From NCBI GenBank assembly GCA_049970495.1, contig JBMFMV010000006.1, positions 1 to 50,860 of the forward strand: DNA of 50,860 nt. Reading direction: 5' to 3'. A program made the position numbers and the translations under genes. Each line of letters starts with the position of its first letter. The first letter of the stretch is position 1. This document shows positions 21,351-32,246 of this stretch, one piece after another. The notes beneath the pieces are model-generated. The model saw only the letters and a program-made list of their open reading frames with translations, did no database searches and was not told where the DNA came from. Origin of the DNA: a bacterium. GTDB lineage: Bacteria; DUMJ01.

Positions 21351-22426
21351 TGAGTACATTAAAATTAGCTAATTACCTCTTTAGGTCTTTTGTTAGAGAT
21401 AAAATTGACCTATTCTGGCTTTTAATTTTTCCTGTCATTCTTCTTATCATTTTGATGTTAATCTTCCCTTCGATCTATGAGCCTAAGAATGTAACGTTTA
21501 GTATAGCATTACTCTCTCAGAAGGGAACATTTTCAGAGATCATAGAAAAGGTCTTTGAAGAACTTAGTAAGGGTGAAAATAAGATATTTCAACTTTTAGT
21601 TCTTCCAAATTCGAAAGAGAATTTAATGAAAGAGATAGAAGGACTTAAGGCAAGAAAGGTTAACCTTGTTGTAGAAATCCCAGAAGATTTTGATACCCAG
21701 ATGCTAAACTGGTTTATGTTAAAAAGCTTTGGTATGACCACCTTTCCTCCTCGTATCAACATATACTCATTAAAATACGACGTAGCTTCAGAATCTACAT
21801 ATCTTACAGTTAAGAATATTTTAGAGAAGTTAGAACTTGAGTTTATCAAAAAGATTGGATACAAAGTGAAAAAGATTGAAAGTGAATCCGAAGTTGTTGG
21901 TACCAGATCCACATTTTCTTATATAGACTTCATCTATCCAGGGATAGTTATATTTGTTATATTTATGACAGGCCTATTTGGTATAGGAATGGACCTGACA
22001 TGGTTAAAAGAGAGAGGGATCCTAAAGAGGATATATGTTACTGCGTTTCCTAAATCAAAATTTATCGCTTCTTACATAATCTCTAAATTCTATCTTATTA
22101 TATTACAGGTGACCCTTATAACTCTGATGGCAAAGTTCTTATACAAGACTACTATTAACCCATTATCCCTTCCATTTATAGGATACACATTACTTACTAT
22201 TCTCTGTCTTTCCTCCCTTGGCTTCTTTTTAGCATCTATCTCTAAATCTACGACTAGTGCTAATGCCATCAGTCAGATACTGAATTTCCCTCTCCAATTT
22301 CTAGGAGGGATATACTTTCCTGTTGTAGGTCTCCCCTGGGCTATAAGATGGATAGTCATTATAAATCCTATTACTTATCTTGCTTCGGGTATAAGAGATG
22401 CCTTAGGTATAATGTTACCCCTATAA
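21350..22426 (+). CDS. ABC-2 exporter permease, probably missing its last TM helix
   Basis: N-terminal TM, extracellular loop, YIDFIYPG, ERGILKR, FLGGIYFP, NPITY; stops right after IRDALGIM. Confidence 0.8.
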   Translation: MSTLKLANYLFRSFVRDKIDLFWLLIFPVILLIILMLIFPSIYEPKNVTFSIALLSQKGTFSEIIEKVFEELSKGENKIFQLLVLPNSKENLMKEIEGLKARKVNLVVEIPEDFDTQMLNWFMLKSFGMTTFPPRINIYSLKYDVASESTYLTVKNILEKLELEFIKKIGYKVKKIESESEVVGTRSTFSYIDFIYPGIVIFVIFMTGLFGIGMDLTWLKERGILKRIYVTAFPKSKFIASYIISKFYLIILQVTLITLMAKFLYKTTINPLSLPFIGYTLLTILCLSSLGFFLASISKSTTSANAISQILNFPLQFLGGIYFPVVGLPWAIRWIVIINPITYLASGIRDALGIMLPL

Positions 22427-22893
22427 AAGGGTACCAATTTATCATTGGAATGATTTTTGGTAGATTTATATTTACCTCTTTCTCCGCAACAGTGCTGTTA
22501 ATATTTTCTCAATTAGTATTTAGGATTCAGTTTAATGTAAACTGGCTTTTGTACCTTATTACTGTTAGTACTAGTATCCTAGGAATGATGGCTTTGGGTA
22601 TATTGATAAGTGGCATATTTAATGAACCAAGCGTAGCATCGAACATAGGTTCATTACTTATTACGGTTATGATTTTCTTTTCTGGGGTATATTTCCCCTT
22701 AGATTTTCTGCCTAAATATCTCAGAAAAATTGGTAGCGTACTGCCCCTTGGTTATGTCGCTAAAAGCATAAGGATATCAACTGGAGTGGAGAGCGGGTCA
22801 GTAAACTCTGTTTTGATAACATCATTAATTATGACTATCACATTCCTAGTCTTTGTCTTTATATTTGGCGCTAAGGCATTCAAGACCGAATAG
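22411..22893 (+). pseudogene. C-terminal half of a second ABC-2 permease
   Basis: Begins mid-domain at VTPIKGYQF; has FFSGVYFP..LP..PLGY and a final TM; no credible start or N-terminal half. Confidence 0.75.
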
Positions 22894-22985
22894 AGAGTAT
22901 CCAGATGACTATGTCCTCAATCACCTCTTGAGATATGTGCTAGGTGCCAAGCTCAAAATCACAGTTCAGATAGAATTTATTATTA

Positions 22986-23570
22986 CTACTTTCTAACCGC
23001 TACACTCCAAGAATCGTACCACTGCATAAAGTCATTGTAGAGCTTACTGTATTCTCTACGCAGGAGATCATAAAGCCTTGCATTCTCTATAGCTATTGCA
23101 GCAGAACTTGCCAAGGCTGTAAGGAATTCGACCTCATTCTTAGTAAAGATATGAGGCTTATCTGTATATACTCTCATAACTCCTATTATCCTATCCTTAA
23201 GCTGTAGAGGCACACAAAGTACAGACTTTATTCCCTCTCTTTTGGCTTCTTCTGGATATTGAAATCTCTTATCAGTTGTAACATCTTTAATTTTGACAAT
23301 ATTACCCTTTAGAACCTCAGCATCAAGAGGACTCTTATCTATCTCTACTGGTCCTTTCTTTATATAATCTTCACTTAGTCCATAGGCTGAGACTATTCTC
23401 AATGTCTTCTTATCCTCGTCTATAAGTCTTATTGAACAGGCTTTTACCCCCATAGTTTTGACTGTATTTTCTGTAATTAATCTTAAGACTTCATTCAAAT
23501 CTAGTGTAGAGGTGATAGTTCTAGTTACTTGATATAGCGTATTATAATATTGAACCTTACCCTTTCTCAT
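22986..23570 (-). CDS. Stand-alone GAF-domain protein
   Basis: STLDLNEVL, SVLCVPL...IIGV, F...EVEFL.ALA..AAIAIENARLY. ATG 23570 follows GAGGGGTG. Confidence 0.88.
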   Translation of the reverse strand: MRKGKVQYYNTLYQVTRTITSTLDLNEVLRLITENTVKTMGVKACSIRLIDEDKKTLRIVSAYGLSEDYIKKGPVEIDKSPLDAEVLKGNIVKIKDVTTDKRFQYPEEAKREGIKSVLCVPLQLKDRIIGVMRVYTDKPHIFTKNEVEFLTALASSAAIAIENARLYDLLRREYSKLYNDFMQWYDSWSVAVRK

Positions 23571-23611
23571 CCATCTCACCCCCTCTCTATAGAAAACTTT
23601 TAAATAATATA

Positions 23612-25507
23612 TCATAGAGTCTGTATCAAATCTACATATATAGTTCCCTGATTTTTTCTCTCTTCTTTTAGCTCTACTAGATATATTTGGAGTAATTCTA
23701 AAGGCAATTCTGGTTTAGTATTTTTGTCACCAGCAAATATTTCTAGATTGGATAAATCTAACTCTAGATATCTCCACCCTTCCCAGTCTATCCCTTTAGT
23801 CGCAGAGGTGAAATTCCCAACCCACAACCTTCCATTGGCATCTCTAAATAGTCCTCTCAACCAGTGCCCACTATTATCACCAAATACATATACTGCGATC
23901 CTTTTACTTTCCTTAGGGATAGGAATGTTAAGATTTATGTATATAAAACTAGGAGACCCTCTAGTTAACGAATAATCTAATCTTAAAGACCTCTTCCCAC
24001 TTATACTTTGAGAGTCTGAAATAGAAACTTTCGTTAGATTAAAATCAAAGCCGCCTCCAGATATAGAGATTAAAGTACTATTCTCAAAATCTTCTAGCAC
24101 TTTAGATAATTTTTGAGATGGGATAATAGTAACTTCTGACTCTGCCATTAAACTATCAAATTTGGCAATTATTTTTCCGCTACTATTAGTATTAGCATAT
24201 AATACCCCGTCACTTGTAATACCTCCATTTACTCCTACTAATTCCCATGTAATCTTTCTAGGATCAATTGGATATGCATTCCCATATATGTCTTGAAGGA
24301 GTAGAGTAAATTTATAATTATCCCCCTCTCTTATAGTTAATCTCTTTGGATGTAGAGATAACAATTTGGGTTCCCCTTCCATGATGGTAGTCTTTATTAT
24401 AATAGCGTTAGCTATTGCTCTTTCTTTCCCATCTGAAGGTATATTCATTATTTTACCGTTAATTATTATCTGACTAGAACCTCCTCCGTCTAGGGTTAGG
24501 GCATCTTTCATACCTATATCTTTTAGGTAATTTGCCATCTCTATATAAGTCATACCGCTGCTTTGGGGACTTCTACCGTCAACTACTAGAAAATAGACTT
24601 TGTTGCTGTTATCTATAGCTATTACTGTGAGGGGGTTTTTACGTTCAGTTATCTCTTCTGGTAAGGGCTGCTCATTGGTTGATCCAAAAACTATGTTTCC
24701 ATCTTTTAATAGTATCGCTCCTCCGCCTATAGCCTGTAATATATCTATAGATGGACTTAGTCTAGTTATTATTTTTACTTCTTCTCCTGGCTTCAAATAA
24801 GGAAGATAAGAGAGGGCTTTTCCACCAAGGGACAAAATGCCTCCCTTGTTGGGTATGGTAGAACTAGTAGCCCCATAGTATATATTTCCAACCCTTGCTG
24901 TTATCGTCCCAGAACTAGGTAAAACTTGGGAAAAATTCAATAACTCTATATCTACACCAGCAAAGGCATTACCTGATATCATAGTATTTCTACCAAACTT
25001 ATCTGTAAATAGTACCGCTTCATTACCTCCCCTTGGGACATTTAGATTATTTATAGGGATAACCCCATATTGTGTCTCTATGTTAATGTTAAGGCTAAAA
25101 ATAGAAATAACTGGTCTTCTATCTCTAGTTATAGCAAATACACCCCTAGGTATTGGGGACTTAATGAGCTCTCCATTTCTCACCATAAAATTTATTATCA
25201 TACCGCTATTTGGATCGAAGAAGTCTCCATTTATAGCTAGAGTGGCGTTGTTTCTCTTGGCTATAGAACTTAGAACTTCTCTCTGCATAAGAGTATCTTT
25301 AGCAAGAGAAGTTTCTACCTGTATAAATGGACTTGTAAGGTCTAGCTCTACAGTATGTATAATTAAGGAGGGAGATTCTGTTTTGGATATGCTATAGTTT
25401 AAGCCTGGAGCTATAAAGAGCTGGTCGAATAAGGTTTGAGCACAGAGATTAGGAAGTAAAGACGATATCAAAAAAACTGTTATTGCTCCTGTTATAAAAG
25501 ACTTCAT
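23612..25507 (-). CDS. Secreted phosphodiester glycosidase (NAGPA/DUF2233) family protein with Ig-like and CBM-like C-terminal domains
   Basis: Signal peptide, AINGDFF, VVDGR...SGMT, LDGGGS, PSDGKER.IAN; C-terminal EDFE..SLRLDY..GDNSGHW.RG..DW.GW module. Confidence 0.82.
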   Translation of the reverse strand: MKSFITGAITVFLISSLLPNLCAQTLFDQLFIAPGLNYSISKTESPSLIIHTVELDLTSPFIQVETSLAKDTLMQREVLSSIAKRNNATLAINGDFFDPNSGMIINFMVRNGELIKSPIPRGVFAITRDRRPVISIFSLNINIETQYGVIPINNLNVPRGGNEAVLFTDKFGRNTMISGNAFAGVDIELLNFSQVLPSSGTITARVGNIYYGATSSTIPNKGGILSLGGKALSYLPYLKPGEEVKIITRLSPSIDILQAIGGGAILLKDGNIVFGSTNEQPLPEEITERKNPLTVIAIDNSNKVYFLVVDGRSPQSSGMTYIEMANYLKDIGMKDALTLDGGGSSQIIINGKIMNIPSDGKERAIANAIIIKTTIMEGEPKLLSLHPKRLTIREGDNYKFTLLLQDIYGNAYPIDPRKITWELVGVNGGITSDGVLYANTNSSGKIIAKFDSLMAESEVTIIPSQKLSKVLEDFENSTLISISGGGFDFNLTKVSISDSQSISGKRSLRLDYSLTRGSPSFIYINLNIPIPKESKRIAVYVFGDNSGHWLRGLFRDANGRLWVGNFTSATKGIDWEGWRYLELDLSNLEIFAGDKNTKPELPLELLQIYLVELKEERKNQGTIYVDLIQTL

Positions 25508-25513
25508 TATGTT

Positions 25514-26755
25514 CTAGACTATACCAATTTCTTTATAGAATAGAGGATAAGCCTCGCATAGACTTTTAACTCTACCCTTTAAGGTATCTTTATCTTCCTC
25601 CTTCTTTAGACACTTAGCTATTATGTCTCCTATCTCTTTCATCTCATTTTCTTTCATCCCTCTAGTTGTTACTGCAGGGGTTCCAATCCTAATCCCACTT
25701 GTGATTGTCGGTGGTTGTGGATCAAATGGTATAGCGTTCTTGTTTACAGTAATTCCTATTTCTTCTAATAATCTTTCTGCCTCTTTCCCTGTTAAGCCAA
25801 AAGGTCTTACATCTACTAACATAAGGTGATTGTCAGTTCCGCCTGAGACAAGTCTAAGTCCATTTTCTAATAAAGTCTCTGCCAGTGCTTTAGCATTTTT
25901 CACTATCTGATTTTGATAAGCCTTAAACTCAGGGGTCATTGCCTCCTTCAATGCTACTGCTTTTGCCGCTATAACATGCATAAGCGGACCTCCCTGAGTT
26001 CCTGGGAATATAGCCTTGTCTATGGCTTTAGCATACTCTGATTTACAAAGTATGAGTCCACTCCTTGGTCCTCTTAAAGTTTTATGTGTAGTGGTTGTTA
26101 CAAACTCTGCCCATGGGACAGGGCTAGGATGAATCTCAGCAGCTACAAGTCCTGCTATATGTGCCATATCAACCATTAGTAGAGCTCCAACTTCTTTGGC
26201 TACCTGTGAAAATTTTTCAAAGTCTATAACTCTAGGATAGGCACTAGCTCCTGCTACTATAAGTTTTGGTTTAGTCTCTTTGGCTATCTCTCTAACCTGG
26301 TCATAATCTATAGTTTCCGTCTTCGGGTTTACACCATATGAGACAAAATTAAAATATTTTCCAGATATATTAACAGGGCTTCCATGAGTTAGATGTCCTC
26401 CGTGGGATAGATTCATCCCTAATACTGTATCTCCCGGATTTAAAACAGCAAAATAGACCGCCATATTAGCCTGTGAACCAGAATGGGGTTGAACATTAGC
26501 ATGTTCAGCCTTAAATAGAGCCTTTGCCCTATCTATAGCTAACTGTTCTACAACATCAACCCATTGACACCCTCCATAATATCTCCTCTTAGGATAGCCT
26601 TCAGCATACTTATTAGTGAGCAAAGAGCCTTGAGCCTCTAATACTGCAAGACTGGTAAAATTTTCACTAGCAATTAGCTCTAGCGTTGTCTCTTCTCTTA
26701 TTCTTTCGCCTTTTATGGCATCATATATCTCTGGATCAACCACTTCTAGATACAT
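25514..26755 (-). CDS. glyA: Serine hydroxymethyltransferase
   Basis: [33 protein letters not shown]. Confidence 0.98.
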   Translation of the reverse strand: MYLEVVDPEIYDAIKGERIREETTLELIASENFTSLAVLEAQGSLLTNKYAEGYPKRRYYGGCQWVDVVEQLAIDRAKALFKAEHANVQPHSGSQANMAVYFAVLNPGDTVLGMNLSHGGHLTHGSPVNISGKYFNFVSYGVNPKTETIDYDQVREIAKETKPKLIVAGASAYPRVIDFEKFSQVAKEVGALLMVDMAHIAGLVAAEIHPSPVPWAEFVTTTTHKTLRGPRSGLILCKSEYAKAIDKAIFPGTQGGPLMHVIAAKAVALKEAMTPEFKAYQNQIVKNAKALAETLLENGLRLVSGGTDNHLMLVDVRPFGLTGKEAERLLEEIGITVNKNAIPFDPQPPTITSGIRIGTPAVTTRGMKENEMKEIGDIIAKCLKKEEDKDTLKGRVKSLCEAYPLFYKEIGIV

Positions 26756-27195
26756 TATAATCCCTCCATTTTTCCTATTTTTTCTACTCTTCTCTCGTGT
26801 CTTCCTCCTAAAAAGGAGGTTTCCAGAAATACCCTAACAGCTTCTTTGGCAACCTCACTCCCAATAATTCTTGCCCCTAAAGTGAGTATATTGGCATTAT
26901 TATGCTCTCTAGCAAGCCTTACTGAAAGGAGCTCATTGCCAACTGCTGCCCTTATACCTTTAATCTTATTTGCCGCTATACTCATACCTATTCCAGTTCC
27001 ACATATAAGAATCCCTCTATCTACTTCACCCCTTATTACACTTAGAGCAACCTCTTTAGCTATATCTGGATAATCTACAGACTCTTCCGAATAACATCCG
27101 AAATCTTTTACCTCTATATTCAAAGATGCTATATAAGCTTTTAACTCTTCTTTTAGCTTAAAGCCTGCATGGTCACTCCCAATAGCTACTCTCAT
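26755..27195 (-). CDS. rpiB: Ribose-5-phosphate isomerase B
   Basis: GSDHAG, DYPD, CGTGIG, HNNAN, GGRHERR. Confidence 0.96.
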   Translation of the reverse strand: MRVAIGSDHAGFKLKEELKAYIASLNIEVKDFGCYSEESVDYPDIAKEVALSVIRGEVDRGILICGTGIGMSIAANKIKGIRAAVGNELLSVRLAREHNNANILTLGARIIGSEVAKEAVRVFLETSFLGGRHERRVEKIGKMEGL

Positions 27196-27830
27196 ATTCC
27201 CTCCGATATCTTTCTAATGTTTAATTCGTTTATTATACTCTCTAAAAGTTTTTTATCTACCGGCCCTTCCCTAATAATTTCTATATTACCATTTAAAATA
27301 CTCACCACCGTAGAAGGTTTACCAAAAGTGACGGGTCCCCAGTCTAATATGGCATCAATCTTGTCTCCTATCATCCTTATTACATCTTCTGCTGTCTTAG
27401 GTTCTTCACCTCCAGATATGTTTGCACTAGTAGCTACCACTGGTACCTTAGCTAATCTTAATAGTTTTTGACAGATAGATAGGGAAGGAAACCTTATTCC
27501 AAGCGTATCTTTCTTTCCAATCCATTCTGGTGTATCTTTTTTCTTTTTAGCTATTATATTTATTGGTCCCGGGAAAAACTGGAGAAACAATCTCTTAGTG
27601 AGCTCATCGAACTCGACTATATCCTCTAACCCCTCTAAGGTACCAATATGTAGACTTAACGGTTTTACTTCTGATCTTCCTTTTACCTCGTAAATCCTAT
27701 AGACACTTTCTTTTATAAATGCATTAGTCCCTAAACCATAAACTGTTTCGGTAGGAAAAGCTACCAATTTCCCCTCTCTTAAAAATTTGGCAAGAATATC
27801 TATCTCTTTTTCATCTCTAATTATAATCAT
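27192..27830 (-). CDS. tsaC: L-threonylcarbamoyladenylate synthase (YrdC domain only)
   Basis: FPTETVYGL, KGR, PGP, TSANISG, PSTVV, REG. Confidence 0.93.
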   Translation of the reverse strand: MIIIRDEKEIDILAKFLREGKLVAFPTETVYGLGTNAFIKESVYRIYEVKGRSEVKPLSLHIGTLEGLEDIVEFDELTKRLFLQFFPGPINIIAKKKKDTPEWIGKKDTLGIRFPSLSICQKLLRLAKVPVVATSANISGGEEPKTAEDVIRMIGDKIDAILDWGPVTFGKPSTVVSILNGNIEIIREGPVDKKLLESIINELNIRKISEGI

Positions 27831-27832
27831 AT

Positions 27833-28666
27833 CTACCCTTTTCTACCCCATATAACTCTAGGTATACCTGCTAAGTCCTCTTTTACATTTATTTTATTGA
27901 TATTGTAACCTACAAAAATTTCTTTTACCTTATCTACCTGCTCATTTCCCCCTATCTCAATGGCGAATAATCCACCTTCTATTAGATTCTTAGATATGAT
28001 CTTAGCTATTTCGGGATAGAAGCTTAAGCCATCTTCTCCACCCAAAAGTGCTTCTTTTGGTTCACTCTTTACCTCTAGATCTAGGGATTCCCATATAGAG
28101 TTAGGTAGATAGGGGGGATTTGCAACTATTAGGTCGAAGTTTTCTCTTAATGAAAGACTTCTAATATCTGCTTTTATGAGTCTATATCTATCTGAGACCT
28201 TTAGTCTTCTGGCATTTATTAGGGCAATATCTATACTCTTAGAAGATATATCTATCCCCAAGAATTCTGTACAAACTCCATAGTAGAGAATAGAAAGCCC
28301 TATAATACCACTTCCACAGAAAAGGTCTAAGCCTTTTGTAAATCTCCCTTCTTTTAATACCAACTCTACTATAGTTTCAGTCTCTGGCCTTGGTATTAAT
28401 ACCCCTTCTTCTATATAAAAGTTGATACCAAAGAATTCTCTTTCTTTTTTTAGATACGCGTATGGAATACCAGAAAGTCTTCTATCAAGAAGGTCTTTTA
28501 TTCTCCTTAATTCCTCCTCCGAGAGTTCTAGGTCCTGATGAGATAATATGTACTCTTTAGATCTGCCTAAGGCTAAAGAGAGAATAAGAAGAACCTCCAG
28601 TTGACTGTTAGAGATCTTATCTTTGAATAACCTAATAACTTCTTTATAGACATCTCCTAGCTTCAT
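27833..28666 (-). CDS. prmC: Release factor glutamine methyltransferase
   Basis: [25 protein letters not shown]; adjacent to prfA. Confidence 0.95.
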   Translation of the reverse strand: MKLGDVYKEVIRLFKDKISNSQLEVLLILSLALGRSKEYILSHQDLELSEEELRRIKDLLDRRLSGIPYAYLKKEREFFGINFYIEEGVLIPRPETETIVELVLKEGRFTKGLDLFCGSGIIGLSILYYGVCTEFLGIDISSKSIDIALINARRLKVSDRYRLIKADIRSLSLRENFDLIVANPPYLPNSIWESLDLEVKSEPKEALLGGEDGLSFYPEIAKIISKNLIEGGLFAIEIGGNEQVDKVKEIFVGYNINKINVKEDLAGIPRVIWGRKG

Positions 28667-29730
28667 TTAGTAAGTGATAAATTCTTTAGTTGTTCTACCT
28701 GATATTCTCTTATAAGGGCATCTATGAGTTCGTCTAGGTCTCCATCTAATACATCCTGTAAGTTGTAAAGGGTTAGTCCTATTCTATGATCAGTAACTCT
28801 ATTCTGTGGAAAGTTATACGTCCTTATCTTTTCACTACGTTCACCTGAACCTACTTGACTTCTCCTAAGTTCAGTCTCTTCCCTTTCTCTTTCTCTCTCT
28901 TTTATCTCTAAAAGATGAGCTCTCAATATCTTTAAAGCTTTTTCTTTATTTTGATATTGAGACCTTTCATCCTGGCATGTAACTACTATCCCTGTTGGGA
29001 TATGTGTTACTCTTACCGCAGTCTCAACCTTGTTGACATTTTGCCCACCATGTCCTCCAGCTCTAAAGGTATCTATCTTTATATCTTCTGGCTTTATTTC
29101 TATTTCTACCTCAGTTGCTTCGGGTAGTATAGCTACAGTAGCAGTAGAGGTATGTATTCTGCCTCCAGACTCTGTAATGGGGACTCTTTGAACCCTATGA
29201 ACCCCACTTTCAAACTTTAATCTGCTGTAGGCTCCCCTTCCTTGAATAGAAACAATAACCTCTTTATATCCTCCTAGGTCTGTCGGGTTGCTACTCATTA
29301 TTTCTGCTTTCCATCCCTTACGCTCTACATACCTAAGATACATCCTTAGAAGATCCCCTGCAAAAAGGGCAGCTTCCTCTCCACCTGTTCCTGCCCTTAT
29401 CTCCATAATAACGTTTCTTTCATCTCGATAGTCTTTAGGCAGTAGTTTAATCTTGAGCTCCTCTTCTAATTTTTCCTTCTTTTCCTCTAGCTTTTCCAAC
29501 TCTTCTTCTGCCATAGGACCTAGATCTGGGTCATCTAGAAGAGACCTTAGGTCATTTATCTCTTTCTCTATCCGCTTATATTCTCTATAGACGCCGACAA
29601 TCTCTCCAAGTTCACCATAGGTTTTTGCCAATTCTTGGAATAATTCTTGGTTTGCTATTACTTCTGGCTTAGCTAGAGATAATTCTAACTCTATATATTT
29701 TTTTTCTATCTCTTCCAACTTATCCCACAT
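28663..29730 (-). CDS. prfA: Peptide chain release factor 1
   Basis: PxT motif (VPITES), GGQ, RTYNFPQ.RVTDHR. Confidence 0.97.
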   Translation of the reverse strand: MWDKLEEIEKKYIELELSLAKPEVIANQELFQELAKTYGELGEIVGVYREYKRIEKEINDLRSLLDDPDLGPMAEEELEKLEEKKEKLEEELKIKLLPKDYRDERNVIMEIRAGTGGEEAALFAGDLLRMYLRYVERKGWKAEIMSSNPTDLGGYKEVIVSIQGRGAYSRLKFESGVHRVQRVPITESGGRIHTSTATVAILPEATEVEIEIKPEDIKIDTFRAGGHGGQNVNKVETAVRVTHIPTGIVVTCQDERSQYQNKEKALKILRAHLLEIKEREREREETELRRSQVGSGERSEKIRTYNFPQNRVTDHRIGLTLYNLQDVLDGDLDELIDALIREYQVEQLKNLSLTK

Positions 29731-30586
29731 CTGACACACCCTCTAAACTTAAGATTGATTTCACCGCCTCAATAGCTACCTCAATCTGGTCAGGAGAAGG
29801 CTCTCTTGTAGTAAGATATTGAAGAGCCAACCCCGGAGAAGTTACAAGTTGTATTATTTTTGAATTCCTATATTTAGAGGTCAATCTTATCATTTCATAG
29901 GATATCCCTGCTACTATAGGGATAAGTGCTATCCTAGAGACTATTCTTAGGAGTAAAGTCTGTTTTCCAAGAAGAGAGAACACTAAGATACTTACAACCA
30001 TTACTATTAATAAGAAGCTTGTTCCACATCTAGGATGTAATCTGCTATTTTTTATAGCATTATCTACCGTAAGAGGTTCTCCTTTTTCGTATGTAAAGAT
30101 TACCTTATGCTCAGCCCCATGATATTCAAAGACTCTTCTAATATCTTTTATAAAAGAGAATGAATATAGGTAGATAAGAAAAACTCCAATCCTAACTAAG
30201 CCTTCTAATATATTGACTAAAAAAGCTGATGAAATAACATTCTGAAATATCCTTGCTATAAATGCAGGGAATACAATAAAGAGCAATATGCCTAGCCCTA
30301 TTCCCATAGCCATAGCAAAAAAGATATCTCTGTTAGAGAGCTTTACATCTTCTCCACCGTATTCTTCTGCAGATATATTAAGTGCCTTTATACCTAGAAC
30401 TAGACTATCTATTAAAACTATAAATCCCCTTAAAATAGGAATCTTACCTACTCTGCTATTTACTATACTCTTAGTGTTAAACTTATGAACCTTTACCCCA
30501 TTAGACTGAGTCCTTACTGCGACACTAAAACTATTGGGACCTCTCATCATTACCCCTTCAATTACTGCTTGGCCTCCAATCTGCAC
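29720..30586 (-). CDS. DUF1385 membrane protein
   Basis: [35 protein letters not shown]; usual position upstream of prfA/prmC. Confidence 0.92.
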   Translation of the reverse strand: MQIGGQAVIEGVMMRGPNSFSVAVRTQSNGVKVHKFNTKSIVNSRVGKIPILRGFIVLIDSLVLGIKALNISAEEYGGEDVKLSNRDIFFAMAMGIGLGILLFIVFPAFIARIFQNVISSAFLVNILEGLVRIGVFLIYLYSFSFIKDIRRVFEYHGAEHKVIFTYEKGEPLTVDNAIKNSRLHPRCGTSFLLIVMVVSILVFSLLGKQTLLLRIVSRIALIPIVAGISYEMIRLTSKYRNSKIIQLVTSPGLALQYLTTREPSPDQIEVAIEAVKSILSLEGVSDVG

Positions 30587-30587
30587 T

Positions 30588-31157
30588 TTACTTCCTCCTT
30601 CTTACTATGTGGTGCTCTCTGCATCTAGCTTCATATACGTCTTCTGCTCCTATAAGTATAGTAGGATCATCGTAATATGCAGGTTCTCCATTTATTAGTC
30701 TCTGGGTCCTGCTAGCAGGATTGCCGCAGACCATACATATCGCTTGTAGCTTATCTACTTTTTCTGCAACTGCTAATAGTTTTGGCATTGGGCCAAAAGG
30801 CTCTCCCCTAAAATCTTGATCTAATCCTGCAACAATTACTCTCCTTCCGTTATCTGCTAACATTTGACACACATCTACTATCTCATCATCAAAGAATTGA
30901 GCTTCGTCTATTGCTACTATTTGAGTATCCGGTAATAAAAGTTCAATTATCTCTCTTGCCCTTTCTACAGTATAAGCAGAGACCTTATTGCCATCATGAG
31001 AAACTACCTCTCTATTTGCATATCTAGTATCTAAAGCAGGCTTAAATACTTGCACCTTCTGACGAGCTATCTCAGCTCTTCTTACCCTCCTTATAAGTTC
31101 CTCGCTTTTTCCACTAAACATGCTTCCACATATTACTTCTATCCATCCTGTACTCAT
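30588..31157 (-). CDS. tdk: Thymidine kinase
   Basis: [24 protein letters not shown]-terminal CxxC..CxxH zinc site. Confidence 0.97.
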   Translation of the reverse strand: MSTGWIEVICGSMFSGKSEELIRRVRRAEIARQKVQVFKPALDTRYANREVVSHDGNKVSAYTVERAREIIELLLPDTQIVAIDEAQFFDDEIVDVCQMLADNGRRVIVAGLDQDFRGEPFGPMPKLLAVAEKVDKLQAICMVCGNPASRTQRLINGEPAYYDDPTILIGAEDVYEARCREHHIVRRRK

Positions 31158-31163
31158 AAATCT

Positions 31164-31172
31164 ATTATATCA
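31164..31172 (-). promoter_or_regulatory. Extended -10 promoter of the tdk operon (likely leaderless)
   Basis: TGaTATAAT, then 6 nt, then ATG 31157; no SD sequence. Confidence 0.6.
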
Positions 31173-31232
31173 TAACTGATGATGAGATTACTCTCCTTAC
31201 TGGTGGTTTATAAATTTTGAGCTATAGTGGGT

Positions 31233-31426
31233 TGTATATAATTTAGTATTTAAAACACCTATCTATTACTCTTGTGGATAAATTTATTATTTTTCTACCA
31301 CTAAAATATCTTGTGGAAAATTAAAAAATTTTATCCCACTTAAAAATCAAAAGGACAATTCTATACAGAATTATACTGGATTAGTCAAGTCCCAGAGGTG
31401 TAATAAAAAGGGGAACTTTATCCACC
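31233..31426. promoter_or_regulatory. Cluster of DnaA-box-like sites (oriC-like or DnaA-regulatory)
   Basis: TGTGGATAA 31273-31281 (perfect), TGTGGAAAA 31312-31320, TTATCCACC 31418-31426, weaker TGTATATAA 31233-31241 and TTATCCCAC 31331-31339, in AT-rich DNA. Confidence 0.6.
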
Positions 31427-31454
31427 TGTTATAATTAAAGATAGGAGGAAATTT

Positions 31455-32246
31455 ATGGACAGGATAAAAGAGACTATAGAATTTCTTACCAAGAGGTACA
31501 GTTTCAAACAGAGAGTTGGTATTATCTTAGGCTCTGGTCTTGAGATATTTGATCAGCATATTCTGTTTACCATAGATTATAGAGAGATCCCTAATATGCC
31601 TCTAGCAACGGTGCCCGGACATAAGGGAAGACTCGACGTAGTCAAGATTGAGGATTGTGAAGTAGTTGTTATGAGAGGTAGATATCATCTCTATGAAGGA
31701 TATTCGCCTAAAGAGGTGGTCTTTCCTATAGAGATACTTGGATATCTAGGAGTAAACACTTTAATTTTGACAAATGCTAGTGGAGGTATAAATGAAGCCT
31801 ATAACCCTGGAGATATAATGCTTATAAAGGACCACATAAATCTTACTGGAGAAAATCCTCTTATCGGAGGACCAAACTTTGTTGACATGAAAAATGCATA
31901 CTCTTATAGGCTGAGAAGACAATTGAAGGAGATTGGAGAAGAGATTGGGATAGATTTAAAAGAAGGCGTTTATATCGGAGTGAAAGGACCAACATATGAG
32001 ACCCTAGCAGAGATAAAGTTTTTCAGGACTATAGGGGGGGATGCGGTAGGGATGTCGACAGTATTAGAGGTTATAAAAGCTAGGAGTTTAGGAATGGATG
32101 TAGTTGGTCTATCTTGTATAACAAATGTGTATAAAGATGACCTTTCCCCTGTGACTCATGAAGAGGTTCTAAGGGTAGGGAGCAAGATAAGTAAAAATTT
32201 AGAACGCTTATTAAGAGAATGGATAAAAAGAGGGATGTCAGTATGA
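31455..32246 (+). CDS. Purine nucleoside phosphorylase (trimeric type)
   Basis: ILGSGL, VPGHKG, GRYHLYEG, TNASGG, GPTYET.AE, VGMSTV.E. Confidence 0.95.
   Translation: MDRIKETIEFLTKRYSFKQRVGIILGSGLEIFDQHILFTIDYREIPNMPLATVPGHKGRLDVVKIEDCEVVVMRGRYHLYEGYSPKEVVFPIEILGYLGVNTLILTNASGGINEAYNPGDIMLIKDHINLTGENPLIGGPNFVDMKNAYSYRLRRQLKEIGEEIGIDLKEGVYIGVKGPTYETLAEIKFFRTIGGDAVGMSTVLEVIKARSLGMDVVGLSCITNVYKDDLSPVTHEEVLRVGSKISKNLERLLREWIKRGMSV

Noticed and set aside
22348..22410. N-terminus of the 181-aa ORF as a real start
   Set aside because: It is an alternate-frame reading of permease 1; permease-like sequence starts only near 22414.
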